Shown: positions 46,819 to 57,118 of the stretch, one piece after another | Layout of the letters: each line of letters starts with the position of its first letter | How positions within the stretch are numbered: position 1 is the first letter of the stretch | Source: Planctomycetota bacterium | Lineage (GTDB): Bacteria > Planctomycetota > UBA1135 > UBA2386 | Length of the DNA stretch: 64,000 nucleotides | Reading direction: 5' to 3' | Assembly (NCBI GenBank): GCA_965228735.1 | Contig: OZ245838.1 | Span: forward strand, 4,352,001 to 4,416,000 | Notes under the pieces: generated by a model | The model's input: only the letters and a program-made list of their open reading frames with translations | Told to the model about the DNA's origin: nothing | Database searches by the model: none | Made by a program: the position numbers and the translations under genes

Positions 46819-49287
46819 TCAGTGCACGGTGACCACGAGCGTATCCGTCAGCGCCACGGGCGCCGGCGTGACGCACCCCGGCGAGGTGAACAGCTCCGCA
46901 GCCTGGATGCCGATCGGCTGACCGATGAACGCCGGCGCGTACGGGATCGCGAGCGAATGCGTCTGCGCGAGAACGGGTGACACCCAGCTGTGCCCGAGCG
47001 TGCAGCTGCTGCAGAGTGCCTGGGAGCCGACGAAGCCGTAGCCGATGAACGTCAGCCCGCTGGCACCACCGACGGTCGTCCTGACATCGGTTCCGATCGC
47101 GCCGTTGCCCACTGCCGCGATCGTCGCCGTGCCGCAGCCGTGCGGGATGCGCTGCACGGCGCACGTCGAGCCGTAGAACCCGAGCCCCGGTGACGGCGCC
47201 CCGCCCGCCAGTGCGAAGTTGCCGCCGATGAGGAGCGTGCCGTTCGGCTGGACGGCCAACGCGTCGACCGCGCCATCCGTGCCAGGCGGCAGGGCGGACC
47301 ACGTCGTTCCATCCCAGGCGGCGACGTTGTCGGCAGGAACGCCGTCCGCCACGGTGAAGCTGCCGCCCGCGATCAGCTCGCCGGTCGGCAACATCCGCAG
47401 CGCGCTCACGGCGCGATCCATGCCCGCACCGAACGCCGACCAGTTGCTGCCGTCCCAGCGCGCGATGTGGTTCGCCGGTGTGGTGCCGGCCTGCGTGAAC
47501 GAGCCGCCGACGACGAGGTCGCCGCCGGGCAGAACGGCGATGGCGTTGACGCCGGTGAACGTGCCGGCGATTCCCTGGCCGAGCGGGGACCACGTCGCGC
47601 CGTCCCAACGCGCGATGCGATTGCAGACGGTGCCACCCGCCATCGAGAACCCGCCGCCGGCGACGAGGTCACCGTTCGGCAGCCGGGCGAGCGCCTGCAC
47701 CGGGCCATCGAACCCGGGGCCGAAGGTGTGCCAACTCGCGCCATCCCAGCGCGCGATGCCGTTGCAGACCATGCCGCCGGCGGTGGTGAAACTGCCACCG
47801 GCAACCAGATCGCCATTGGGCAGGGTGAGCAGGGCGTGCACGCGCCCGTTGGCGACGCCGCTCCCCAGGGCCAACCAGTTCGACCCGTCCCACAGTGCCA
47901 GGATGTCGATGCTGGGAGTGCTCGCCGAGAACCCGCCGCCGACGGCGATCTCGCCGCTCGGCAGCTCCGCGAGCGCCTGGACCGCCGAGGTGCGCCCCGG
48001 ACCGAGCGCGTTCCACGTCGAGCCGCTGCGCAGCGCGACGCGCTGGGCCAGGACGCCGCCGACACCGGTGAACGTGCCGCCGGCGACGATGTCGCCGTTG
48101 CTCAGGGCGAGGACGGACTGGACCACACCATTGAAGCCGGCCTCGCCCAGCGACGACCAGCTCGCGCCGTTCCACTGCGCGATCGAGCTCACCGCCGTGC
48201 CGCCGGCGAGATTGAAGTTGCCACCGGCCACGATATCCCCGCCGGGCATCGCGGTGAGCGACTGCACGTTCGGGCCGAAGCTGCCGCCGAGGACCTGCCA
48301 CGACGTGCCGGTCCAACGGGCGACGCCGTTGCGCGAGATACCGCTCATGATGAACCGACCGCCAGCAACGAGATCGCCGTTCGGAGCGGTGGCGAGCGCC
48401 GCGACGGTCGTATTGCCGAGGACGCCGAGCGGCGTCCACGTGGTGCCGTCCCACAACGCGACACGCGGACCGGGACTCGAGAAGTAGCCGCCCGCGACGA
48501 CGTGCCCGTTCGGCAGCGTGGTGACCGCGAGCGCGGTGCCGTTTAGGCCGGCGCCGAGCGGGGACCAAGACGTTCCGTCCCAGCGCGCGGCGCGATTGGC
48601 GGCGACGCCGCCGGCACTCGTGAAGTTGCCGGCCGCGATCAGGTCGCCGCCGGGAGCCACGGCCAACGCCTTGATCTCCTGGTTCATGCCACTGCCGAGC
48701 GGCGACCAGCTGCTGCCGTCCCAGCGCGCGATGCGATTGGCTGCGACGCCGCCGATGCTCGTGAAGTCGCCGGCCGCGATCACGTCACCGCCAGGCATCT
48801 TCACCAGCGCTTCGACGGTGTCGTTGGCCCCGATGCCGAGCGGCGACCAGGCCGAACCGTCCCAGCGCGCGAGGCGTTGGCACGGGATGCCACCCGCGGA
48901 GCTGAAGTGCCCGCCGGCGACGAGATCGCCGTTCGGCAGCGCCGTGACCGCGAGCACACCGTCGTTCATGCCGCTGCCGAACGCGGACCACTGACCGTTG
49001 TGCCAGGACGCGATCCGGGAGGCCGCGATGTTGCCGGCATACCGGAAGAAACCGACCGCCACGAGCCGCGGCGCGGCCGGCCCCGAACCATCGGGGTCCC
49101 AGGGCGTCATCGCCGACACGGTGCCGGTCACGCCCGGGACGCCGTCACCGGGCAGCCACTGGGTCGAGCATTGGGCGACGGTGGGCGCGGCGAGCGTGAG
49201 CGCGAGCAGCGCCGCAAGCGCGCGAAGTGAACGTGGGCCAGGTGGAATCGGGCCAGGTGAGTTCGGACCAGTGGCGAGGTCGATCAT
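46819..49287 (-). CDS. Secreted beta-propeller repeat protein ending in a variant of the shared C-terminal domain
   Basis: Signal ending PTVA-QC and more than 12 repeats of 'AL..PNGDLVAGG.F..AGG.....IARWDG..W..LG.G'. Confidence 0.9.
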   Translation of the reverse strand: MIDLATGPNSPGPIPPGPRSLRALAALLALTLAAPTVAQCSTQWLPGDGVPGVTGTVSAMTPWDPDGSGPAAPRLVAVGFFRYAGNIAASRIASWHNGQWSAFGSGMNDGVLAVTALPNGDLVAGGHFSSAGGIPCQRLARWDGSAWSPLGIGANDTVEALVKMPGGDVIAAGDFTSIGGVAANRIARWDGSSWSPLGSGMNQEIKALAVAPGGDLIAAGNFTSAGGVAANRAARWDGTSWSPLGAGLNGTALAVTTLPNGHVVAGGYFSSPGPRVALWDGTTWTPLGVLGNTTVAALATAPNGDLVAGGRFIMSGISRNGVARWTGTSWQVLGGSFGPNVQSLTAMPGGDIVAGGNFNLAGGTAVSSIAQWNGASWSSLGEAGFNGVVQSVLALSNGDIVAGGTFTGVGGVLAQRVALRSGSTWNALGPGRTSAVQALAELPSGEIAVGGGFSASTPSIDILALWDGSNWLALGSGVANGRVHALLTLPNGDLVAGGSFTTAGGMVCNGIARWDGASWHTFGPGFDGPVQALARLPNGDLVAGGGFSMAGGTVCNRIARWDGATWSPLGQGIAGTFTGVNAIAVLPGGDLVVGGSFTQAGTTPANHIARWDGSNWSAFGAGMDRAVSALRMLPTGELIAGGSFTVADGVPADNVAAWDGTTWSALPPGTDGAVDALAVQPNGTLLIGGNFALAGGAPSPGLGFYGSTCAVQRIPHGCGTATIAAVGNGAIGTDVRTTVGGASGLTFIGYGFVGSQALCSSCTLGHSWVSPVLAQTHSLAIPYAPAFIGQPIGIQAAELFTSPGCVTPAPVALTDTLVVTVH

Positions 49288-49386
49288 CAGGGGTTCCGCA
49301 GAAGGCGAAGTCGAAGCACGTGCGAGCCCCGAGCGTATCGATTCCCGAGTGCGCCGGGGGGATTCGGCGGCATCCCCGCCCCGGCC

Positions 49387-49962
49387 TCAGGCGTAGAGCC
49401 AGAGGAAGAACAGCGGAACCGCGAACCCCGTGGCGGTCAGCCACGCGCCGCGGCCGGTGATGCCCTTCTTGCCCTTGAGCATGAACATGCCGGTGATCGC
49501 CAGCACGATCAGCGCTACCGCGAACGCGTCGGCGATCCACGTCCACAACCGCTTGGGGTGGTTGAGGTGCAGCGAGTTGGCCTCGCGCAAGAGGAACCGC
49601 GGGGTGACGCGCTCCTGTCGGACGTCGCCGTTCTCGAGCTCGACGTCGATGGTGTGGTTGGTGCGGATGATCCGCAGCTGCCCGGGCTCGGGCACGAAGA
49701 CGGTGCGGAAGTCGGTCGGGCTGTGCAGTCGCTCGAGCACGTCGCGCGCGACCGCTTCGTCGTCGCGGCCCGCGGCCGAGCCGGCTGCGGCAACCGGACC
49801 GATGTTCGACTGCGTGACCTCGATCGAGTAGTTGGGGTTCCAGTCCTCGACGTGGTTCACCGCGATGCCGGAGATCGAGTAGATCAGCACGAGCCCGACG
49901 CAGAGATAGCCGACGTCGCGGTGGATCGTGCGGAACCACCAGCGCCAACCGCGACGTGCCAA
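49387..49962 (-). CDS. PepSY-associated TM-helix protein
   Basis: 'RTIHRDVGY...IYSISGIAVNH', 'LHLNH', 'AITGMFM'. Confidence 0.85.
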   Translation of the reverse strand: MARRGWRWWFRTIHRDVGYLCVGLVLIYSISGIAVNHVEDWNPNYSIEVTQSNIGPVAAAGSAAGRDDEAVARDVLERLHSPTDFRTVFVPEPGQLRIIRTNHTIDVELENGDVRQERVTPRFLLREANSLHLNHPKRLWTWIADAFAVALIVLAITGMFMLKGKKGITGRGAWLTATGFAVPLFFLWLYA

Positions 49963-49966
49963 CGGC

Positions 49967-50611
49967 TCAGATCTCCCAGCGCGCGCCGAGTCCGCGGAGC
50001 TGCCAGCTGATGCGCGGCTCGGTCACGGTTGCCGGGTCGAACTCTTCGCCCTTCGCCTCGGCGCGCGCGGCCATGATCTCGCGCACGCGTTCGACCGGCG
50101 TGACGATCTTCTGCACGATGCCCTCGGCCGTGATCTCGTGACCCATCGCCTCCATCGGGAAGACGATCTCACCGTCCATGACCTTCACGAACAGCGACTT
50201 GCTGTTGTCGTCGTCGCTCTTGAGTCGGGCCCAGCAGCCGGCCTTGGCGCAGACGCCGACGGCGTCGCCCTTGACGAGCACGCGCTTGCCCTCGTAGTCC
50301 GCGGGCGCGGCGAGGATCTTCGAGATCGGCGTGATCTCGGTCAGCGTGAACCCCATGCCGGCACCCGGGGTCGGCGCGGCGGCGGCCACGCCTTCTGCCG
50401 CGCAGTGGTCGCAGGCCTCGCCCTCGGCGTGGTCCGCGCCGTGTTCCTCGGCGTGCTCGGTCGCCGCGAGGCCCTCCGCCGCACAGGCGGCACAACCCGC
50501 GTGCTCACCGTTGCCGGCGGCGTGATCCGCGGCCTGGGCCTGGGATTCCTTGCTGCAGCCGAGGGGAAGGGCGCAGAGCGCCATGACGAACAGTGCGATC
50601 GGGGTCTTCAT
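49967..50611 (-). CDS. DUF4920-like lipoprotein with His/Cys-rich linker
   Basis: Lipobox LPLG-C, 'VCAKAGCW', and a linker carrying CAAC and CDHC. Confidence 0.75.
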   Translation of the reverse strand: MKTPIALFVMALCALPLGCSKESQAQAADHAAGNGEHAGCAACAAEGLAATEHAEEHGADHAEGEACDHCAAEGVAAAAPTPGAGMGFTLTEITPISKILAAPADYEGKRVLVKGDAVGVCAKAGCWARLKSDDDNSKSLFVKVMDGEIVFPMEAMGHEITAEGIVQKIVTPVERVREIMAARAEAKGEEFDPATVTEPRISWQLRGLGARWEI

Positions 50612-50836
50612 CGGTGGGATCCGGGTGTCGTGGGGAAACGGGCGAAACAACATAGCGTACGATCAACTCGCATCGAGGGAATACGACGTACACCCCACCC
50701 CGCGAACGGCCGGTGGCCGAGTCTGCGTGATCGGCGCAGCGACCGGCAACGCGAACACAGGGTCGCCTCCCAGCCAACTTGCCCGGATCTGGCTACTCTG
50801 GCTCTGTTCCTCGAGACCCGAAAGGAAGCCCCAAGC

Positions 50837-53272
50837 ATGAACCGAACCCGCTCGCACTCGCGCCTGCTCGGCACGTTTCTCGCCTGGCTCCCGATGACCG
50901 CACTCGGCGCGCAGTGTGCGACGCAATGGCAGGCGTCGGATCCGCGCCCCGGAGTGCAGTCCGCTTCCATGACCCCGGGATTGGTCGGCGCCACGACGCT
51001 CTGGGATCCGGACGGCGCGGGACCACTTCCGGTGCGACTCGTCGTCGCGGGCGAATTCCGGACCGCCGGTGGCCTGCCGGCGCCGAACGTTGCGTGGCTC
51101 GACCCCGGCACGGGCAATCTGCGACCGTTCGCAGCCGGGACACCGGAGTATGTTCGCGCGGCAACTGCACTGCCGAACGGCGCGCTGTTCGTGGGCGACT
51201 CGAGCGGTGTCCGCGAATGGAACGGCAGCACGTGGAACCTGCTCCCGGGACTCAGTGGCAGCGTGACCAAGATGACCGGCCTCGCGAACGGATCGCTCGC
51301 AGTGGTCGGCAACCTCACGACACCCGCGACCGACGTTGCGATCTGGGACGGCGCCTCGTGGTCCACGGCGGGCGGCGGCACCAACCGCGGCGTCCGGGAC
51401 CTCGCCGGGCTGCCGAACGGCGATCTCGTCGTCGGCGGCACGTTCACCAGCGTCGGCGGTACGGCGGCGCCGTACGTCGCAAGCTGGGACGGGCAGGCCT
51501 GGTCGGCACTCAGCGGCGGTCACCCAGGCCCGATCTTCGGACTCGAAGTGCTGCCGAACGGCAACCTCGCCGCGGCCGCCTTCGGCAGCCCCGTCGTCAG
51601 CATCTGGAACGGCGCGTCGTGGTCCACCCTGCCGAACCCGCCCATGGCCGGACTCGACGAAGTGCGAGCAGCACCGACCGGTGAACTGTTCGTCAACAGC
51701 TCGACTCGGGTCGCGCGCTGGGACGGAGCATCCTGGAGTTCGCTCGGCGAGATCGAGTACGCGATCTTAACGATCGGCCTCACGCCGAACGGTGACGTCG
51801 TCGCGGGGGGCAATTTCACGCAGTGCACCGACGGACCACTCGACGGGATCGGTCGCTGGGACGGCAACGCCTGGCAACCGGTCGGCCGCGGACTGGGCGG
51901 CCGAGCCCGGGCGCTGCTGACCCTCCGAGACGGCGACGTGGTCATCGGCGGCGACTTCTCGCAGATCGATGGCACCGCGGCCAATCGCGTCGCGCGCTGG
52001 GACGGCACGGCGTGGGCAGCGCTCGGCGCGGGGCTCGGCAGCGTGTTCTCGAACCCGCCGCTGTCGTACAACGGAGTGCACGCCCTCGCGGAGATGCCGG
52101 GCGGCGACCTCGTCGCCGGCGGCGCGTTCGAAGTCAACCAGAACTACGAGACGGTCGCCCGCTGGGACGGCAACGCCTGGTCACCCATCAGTGGTCCGCT
52201 CAATCAATCGGTCGACGCGCTGGCCGTCCTGCCGAACGGCGACCTCGTCGCCGGCGGCCCGTTCGTCGACCACGTCCAGCGCTACGACGGCAGCACGTGG
52301 TCGCCACTCGGCGGTGGCGCAAATGCGCGCGTCCGAGCGCTCGCCATGCTCGACAACGGCGACCTCGTCGCGGGCGGCGACTTCACCACGATGGGTGGGC
52401 TCACGGCGAGAGCGCTGGCCCGCTTCGACGGAGCGACGTGGCACTCGATGGGCAACGGACTCTGGCAAAGCTCCGTGACCGCGCTCCTGCCGCTCTCCGG
52501 CGACGAGTTCGTCGCCGCTGGCGTGATCCCACTCGGCGGCGTCCACGCGTGGCGCGTCCTGCGCTGGCATGGCACCGGGTTCCAGAACCTGGGGCTCGAC
52601 ATGAACGGCCCGATCCACGCCCTCGCCCAGCTACCGAACGGCGACGTGCTGGCAGCGGGCGACTTCACCACCGCGGGCGGCGGCATCCCCGCGAACGGGG
52701 TCGCGCGTTGGGACGGCAGTGCGTGGTCGGCCGTGGGCGCCGGAACCACAGGACCGGCTTTGGCGCTGACACTCGCAGGTGACGAGATGTTCGTTGCCGG
52801 TGCTCTCGAGACCGCAGGCGGCGTGCCGGCGGGCGGCCATGCGCAACTCATGACGACCTGCCCCGCGGCAGCCCAGTCGGTCGCGACCGCCTGCGTCGGT
52901 CCCGCGGGACCCGTCACGCTCACGGCGGACGGCCTGCCGTGGACGGGGTCGACGTTCGTGACCACCGCAACGGGGTTCGCCACGGGCAGCCTCGGAGCCG
53001 CGATCATCGGGCTGACACCGCAAAGCCTGCCGCTTGCGGCGCTGCACCCGACCGGGCTGCCCGGCTGCGACCTGCTCGCGACCACCGACTCGGTACAGCT
53101 CGTGGTCCCGGCCGGAGGGCGAGCGCAGAATTCGCTGACGATCCCCAACGATCCCGTGCTCGCGGGGCTCGCGCTCGCGCACCAGTTCGTGCAAGGCGAA
53201 GTCGACGCGCTGGGCGCGCTGACTTCGCTCAGCAGCTCGAACGCGCTCGCGCTCGTGATCGGCGCCTTCTGA
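50837..53272 (+). CDS. Secreted beta-propeller repeat protein ending in the shared C-terminal domain
   Basis: Signal ending ALGA-QC, PNGDLV..GG/RWDG repeats, C-terminus LTIPNDPVLAGLALAHQ...SSNALALVIGAF. Confidence 0.9.
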   Translation: MNRTRSHSRLLGTFLAWLPMTALGAQCATQWQASDPRPGVQSASMTPGLVGATTLWDPDGAGPLPVRLVVAGEFRTAGGLPAPNVAWLDPGTGNLRPFAAGTPEYVRAATALPNGALFVGDSSGVREWNGSTWNLLPGLSGSVTKMTGLANGSLAVVGNLTTPATDVAIWDGASWSTAGGGTNRGVRDLAGLPNGDLVVGGTFTSVGGTAAPYVASWDGQAWSALSGGHPGPIFGLEVLPNGNLAAAAFGSPVVSIWNGASWSTLPNPPMAGLDEVRAAPTGELFVNSSTRVARWDGASWSSLGEIEYAILTIGLTPNGDVVAGGNFTQCTDGPLDGIGRWDGNAWQPVGRGLGGRARALLTLRDGDVVIGGDFSQIDGTAANRVARWDGTAWAALGAGLGSVFSNPPLSYNGVHALAEMPGGDLVAGGAFEVNQNYETVARWDGNAWSPISGPLNQSVDALAVLPNGDLVAGGPFVDHVQRYDGSTWSPLGGGANARVRALAMLDNGDLVAGGDFTTMGGLTARALARFDGATWHSMGNGLWQSSVTALLPLSGDEFVAAGVIPLGGVHAWRVLRWHGTGFQNLGLDMNGPIHALAQLPNGDVLAAGDFTTAGGGIPANGVARWDGSAWSAVGAGTTGPALALTLAGDEMFVAGALETAGGVPAGGHAQLMTTCPAAAQSVATACVGPAGPVTLTADGLPWTGSTFVTTATGFATGSLGAAIIGLTPQSLPLAALHPTGLPGCDLLATTDSVQLVVPAGGRAQNSLTIPNDPVLAGLALAHQFVQGEVDALGALTSLSSSNALALVIGAF

Positions 53273-53445
53273 TCGGGCGGGCACGCGCCGCTGGCGCCTC
53301 GCGGCCGCCGGCGATGATCGGCAGGGCGCCTCGACGGCTCCGACTGACGGTTGGTAGTAAGTCCTGCCCATGGACGAGTCCCCGGCGGCGAAGGGGCGCT
53401 ACACTTCGGGCGCCGCCAGCCCCTGAAGGCCACCGCCACTCTCCC

Positions 53446-55269
53446 ATGCAACACCTCGCTCCTGCTCTGCTCGGCCTGCTCGTCGTCGGGACCGCGTCCG
53501 CGCAGTCCGCGCCCGGCTACCTCTACGAGATCGCGAATCCGACGCCGGCCCAGCACCTCCTCCTGCGCCGGCACTTCGACGTGCTCGGCAACTGCTGCGG
53601 CAGCTCGTCGTTGACCGGCAAGCGCCTCGAGATCGTGATCGAGAAGGAACAGGTCGCGGCGCTGCTCGCGATTGCGCCGACCGCGAAGCTGGTCGACATC
53701 GGCCGACCGTTCCACGAGGTCCGACTCGCCCGCGCGCAGGCCGCCGGCGTCGACGTTCCGGACCCTGGCTATTTCACCGTCGCGGAGACCGAGGCCGAGA
53801 TCGACGCGTTGGTCGCGACCTACCCGACGCTCGCCGCGAAGGTCAACCTCAGCACGTTGCCCGGCGGTTCGCTCACGCACGAGGGCCGGCCGATCTGGGC
53901 GCTGAAGATCAGCGACAACGTCGCGGCGGACGAGGACGAACCGGCGATCGTGCTCGCCTGCCAGCACCACGCGCGGGAGCTCAACACCGGCGTGGTCGCG
54001 ATCGGCGGCATGCAGCGCGTGCTCGCGGGCTACGCGACGGACCCGGCGGTGCAGGCCGCGGTCGACGAGCACGAGATCTACTTCGTGCCGATGGTGAACC
54101 CCGACGGCGTCCACCACGTCTGGACGGTCTACGACTACTGGCGCAAGAACCGCCGCAACAACGGCAGCAATTTCGGCGTCGACCTCAACCGCAACTTCCC
54201 GTTCCTCTGGGGCGCCTGCGGCTCGTCGAGCTCGACCAACTCCAACATCTATCGCGGCCCGGCGCCGGGCAGCGAGCCCGAGACGCAGACGATGCGCAAC
54301 CTGATCGCGCTGCTGCGGCCCGAGATCTACCTCGACTACCACAGCTACGGGCAGGAGGTGCTGCGCACCTACGCGCCGTGCGCGACCGTGAGTCCGGCGA
54401 TCGACGGCCTGCTCGAGCATTACGTCGACGATCTGCGCGCGCCGATGAACTATGCGAAGCGCAGTCCGTCGGCGTCGGGCGAGGCGCCCGAGGACCACTG
54501 GGCGAGCGGCGGGACGCTGTCGTTCCTGACCGAGACGGGCACCTCGTTCCAGCCGCCGATCGCGACGGCGCAGGCCGAAGAGGCCCGCGTCTGGCCGGGC
54601 ATGCGCCACGCGCTGACCGCGTGGAAGCCGGCCGTTCGCGGTCACGTGCGATCGACGCTCGGCAACCAGCCGCTCGGCTCGACGATCACGTTCACGCCCA
54701 ACGTGTTCCACCACGGCGAGGTGACCAAGAGCCGCTCGCGCGACGGGCGCTACGGCCTGTGGCTGCCGCTCGGTTCGTGGGACGTGACCTACGCGGCGCC
54801 CGGACATGTGAGCGTGACCGTGCCCGTGACGGTGACGACCTACGACGCGCCGATGACCATCGAGGTCGTCCTGAGCCCGTCGGGGACGCCCGCAGTGCTC
54901 GCGAAGAGCGGCGCGGGCAACATCGGCACGAACGTCAACTTCACCTACACGAGCCCCGGCGACGCCGGCAAGCTCGCGCTCATCGGCTGGGCGCTCGACA
55001 CGACGCCAGGCCTCAGCCTCGGCGGTCAGCGCGCCATCCCGCTCAACCCGGACTTCCTGTTCAGCGCCGCGCTGAGCGGCAACGCGTTCCTCACGCCGAC
55101 GTGGCTCGGGCTGGACGGCGCGGGGCAGGGCCAGTCGGTGCTATCGATCCCGAACCAGCCGTGGATCGTCGGCTTCACGTCCTACTTCGCCGGGATCACG
55201 TTCGACCCGGCGTACCACTACGGCGTGAAGACCTGGAGCAATCCGATCGCGGTGACGCCGATCCCGTAG
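53446..55269 (+). CDS. Secreted zinc carboxypeptidase (M14) with regulatory domain and shared C-terminal domain
   Basis: 'HHARE', 'NPDG', 'WRKNR', 'GVDLNRNF', 'SEPET', 'DYHSY'. Confidence 0.92.
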   Translation: MQHLAPALLGLLVVGTASAQSAPGYLYEIANPTPAQHLLLRRHFDVLGNCCGSSSLTGKRLEIVIEKEQVAALLAIAPTAKLVDIGRPFHEVRLARAQAAGVDVPDPGYFTVAETEAEIDALVATYPTLAAKVNLSTLPGGSLTHEGRPIWALKISDNVAADEDEPAIVLACQHHARELNTGVVAIGGMQRVLAGYATDPAVQAAVDEHEIYFVPMVNPDGVHHVWTVYDYWRKNRRNNGSNFGVDLNRNFPFLWGACGSSSSTNSNIYRGPAPGSEPETQTMRNLIALLRPEIYLDYHSYGQEVLRTYAPCATVSPAIDGLLEHYVDDLRAPMNYAKRSPSASGEAPEDHWASGGTLSFLTETGTSFQPPIATAQAEEARVWPGMRHALTAWKPAVRGHVRSTLGNQPLGSTITFTPNVFHHGEVTKSRSRDGRYGLWLPLGSWDVTYAAPGHVSVTVPVTVTTYDAPMTIEVVLSPSGTPAVLAKSGAGNIGTNVNFTYTSPGDAGKLALIGWALDTTPGLSLGGQRAIPLNPDFLFSAALSGNAFLTPTWLGLDGAGQGQSVLSIPNQPWIVGFTSYFAGITFDPAYHYGVKTWSNPIAVTPIP

Positions 55270-55328
55270 CCGAACGGCCGGCGGGCCCCGCTGGCGGATG
55301 AGCTCCTGCTCGAAGTGGCAGTGGGCCC

Positions 55329-56828
55329 TCAGAAGACGCCGGTCGTCAGACTGAGGGCGTTCGTCGCGGTCAACGCGACGACCTGCCCCTGGGCGCCGAG
55401 CTCGACCGGGAACATCTGTTGGTGATAGGTCACGCCGTTGAGCGCGGGTGTCAGCGGCATCGTCGTCTCGAACCGCACCGTCCCGGCAGTCGCGGGCAGG
55501 GCCACGACCGCATCGCTGCTGACGTTCGCCACGCATCCGGCGCCGCCCTGCGGCAACAACGCGCTCAAGGGCGTCGATTGCGTGGCGAACCCGAGCACGA
55601 GCAGCACGAGGGCATTGCTCGGCAGGCCGGCGCCCGTCGTCACCGCGGTGCCGCCGAGCCATGGCGGCGTGCTCGTCATCGCGTTGCTGCCGCCCGAGCT
55701 CGGGCACCCGGCCGCGAGCGCCGTCGCCGCCGCCGGACACGTCGACGCCAACCGGATGAGGTAGGGCGACCCCGTCGGGCCTGCGTTGGTCCAGCCGCCG
55801 CCGAGCAGCAGCTCGCCGTTCGGCGCCACGGCGCAGGTCCGCGGCGCGCTGCCCCCGGAGAACGAGAGCGCACCGAGCGCGGTCAACGAACTGTCGTTCC
55901 AGCGCGCGGCGCCGACCGCCGGCACGCCGCCGATCAGCGAGAAGTTGCCGACGATGCCCAGCGAGCCGTCCGGCAGGTCGGTCATCGCGCTGGGGACGCC
56001 GTTCGTCGACCCGCCGAGCGCATGCCAGGCGCTGCCATCCCAACGCGCGAGGCGCTGGGCGCTGACGCCGTTCATCATCGAGAACGCACCGACCGCGATC
56101 ACGTCGCCGCTCGGGCGCAGCGCGAGGTCCTCGACCGTCGAGTTGGCGCCGCTGCCGAACGGCTGCCACGACGAACCGTCCCAGCGCGCGATGCGAGATG
56201 CCGCGGTCGCGCCGGCGTTCTGGAACATGCCACCGGCGATCACGTCGCCGTTCGGCATCGTGAGCAGGCAATTCACCTGCGCGTCGAAGCCGCTGCCCAG
56301 CGCGTGCCAGGCGGTGCCGTCCCAGCGCGCGACGCGCTGCGCCGGGGTGCCGCCCGCGCTCGTGAAGCTGCCGCCGACGACGAGGTCACCGCTTGGCATC
56401 AGGCAATGCGCGTACACCTGGCCGGCGATCCCGCTGCCGAACCCCGACCAGTTCTGCCCGTTCCAGCGCGCGACCCCGGTCCGCGGCGTGCCGTGGACCT
56501 CCCAGAACTCGCCGCCCACGAACAGATCGCCGTTCGGCAGGGTCCCCATCGTGCGCACCGCGGCGTTGACGCCATTGGGCGTGCCGCCGCCCAGCGGGTG
56601 CCAGGCGTTGCCGTCCCACCGCGCGATGCGGCGCGTCACGACGCCGTCGATGCGGTCGAAGTTGCCGCCGACGATGACCTGGCCCTGCCAGGACGCGACC
56701 GCCGTGACGGCGGCCGGGCCGACGTTGCGGACGATGTTGCCGGCGCCGTACGCGGGCAGCACGCTGAGGCTGCACTGCGCTGCGGCACAGCCGAGCAGAA
56801 CGGGAAGAACGGCCAGGAAGCGGGTCAT
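55329..56828 (-). CDS. Secreted beta-propeller repeat protein ending in the shared C-terminal domain
   Basis: Signal ending AAA-QC, RWDG repeats, C-terminus MPLTPALNGVTYHQQ...ATNALSLTTGVF. Confidence 0.9.
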   Translation of the reverse strand: MTRFLAVLPVLLGCAAAQCSLSVLPAYGAGNIVRNVGPAAVTAVASWQGQVIVGGNFDRIDGVVTRRIARWDGNAWHPLGGGTPNGVNAAVRTMGTLPNGDLFVGGEFWEVHGTPRTGVARWNGQNWSGFGSGIAGQVYAHCLMPSGDLVVGGSFTSAGGTPAQRVARWDGTAWHALGSGFDAQVNCLLTMPNGDVIAGGMFQNAGATAASRIARWDGSSWQPFGSGANSTVEDLALRPSGDVIAVGAFSMMNGVSAQRLARWDGSAWHALGGSTNGVPSAMTDLPDGSLGIVGNFSLIGGVPAVGAARWNDSSLTALGALSFSGGSAPRTCAVAPNGELLLGGGWTNAGPTGSPYLIRLASTCPAAATALAAGCPSSGGSNAMTSTPPWLGGTAVTTGAGLPSNALVLLVLGFATQSTPLSALLPQGGAGCVANVSSDAVVALPATAGTVRFETTMPLTPALNGVTYHQQMFPVELGAQGQVVALTATNALSLTTGVF

Positions 56829-57046
56829 GCCCTTCGAATCGCGAGAGTCGGCCCCGCGTCTCGCGGCTTCTCCGAGAAAAACGCTTGGGGCTGGATCCTG
56901 GATCGGCGGCGGCAGCGGCCGGCAACCGAACCGCGCTTCCTTGTCGGAACGCCGACGATCGGCGACCCGCCGACGCGCAATCAGGCACTCTCACGGCCGT
57001 GCGCCCCGCCGCGCGTGCCGGCCGCATGGGCACGGTCTTTGCTCTA

Positions 57047-57086
57047 GAACGGCCTCGAACGGCCTCGAACGGCCCCGAACGGCGCC
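57047..57086. repeat. Four tandem 10-bp direct repeats (GAACGGCCTC-like) in a divergent intergenic region
   Basis: gaacggcctc gaacggcctc gaacggcccc gaacggcgcc. Confidence 0.8.
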
Positions 57087-57118
57087 GACACGGCCGCCCA
57101 ACGACACCTCGAATCGCC

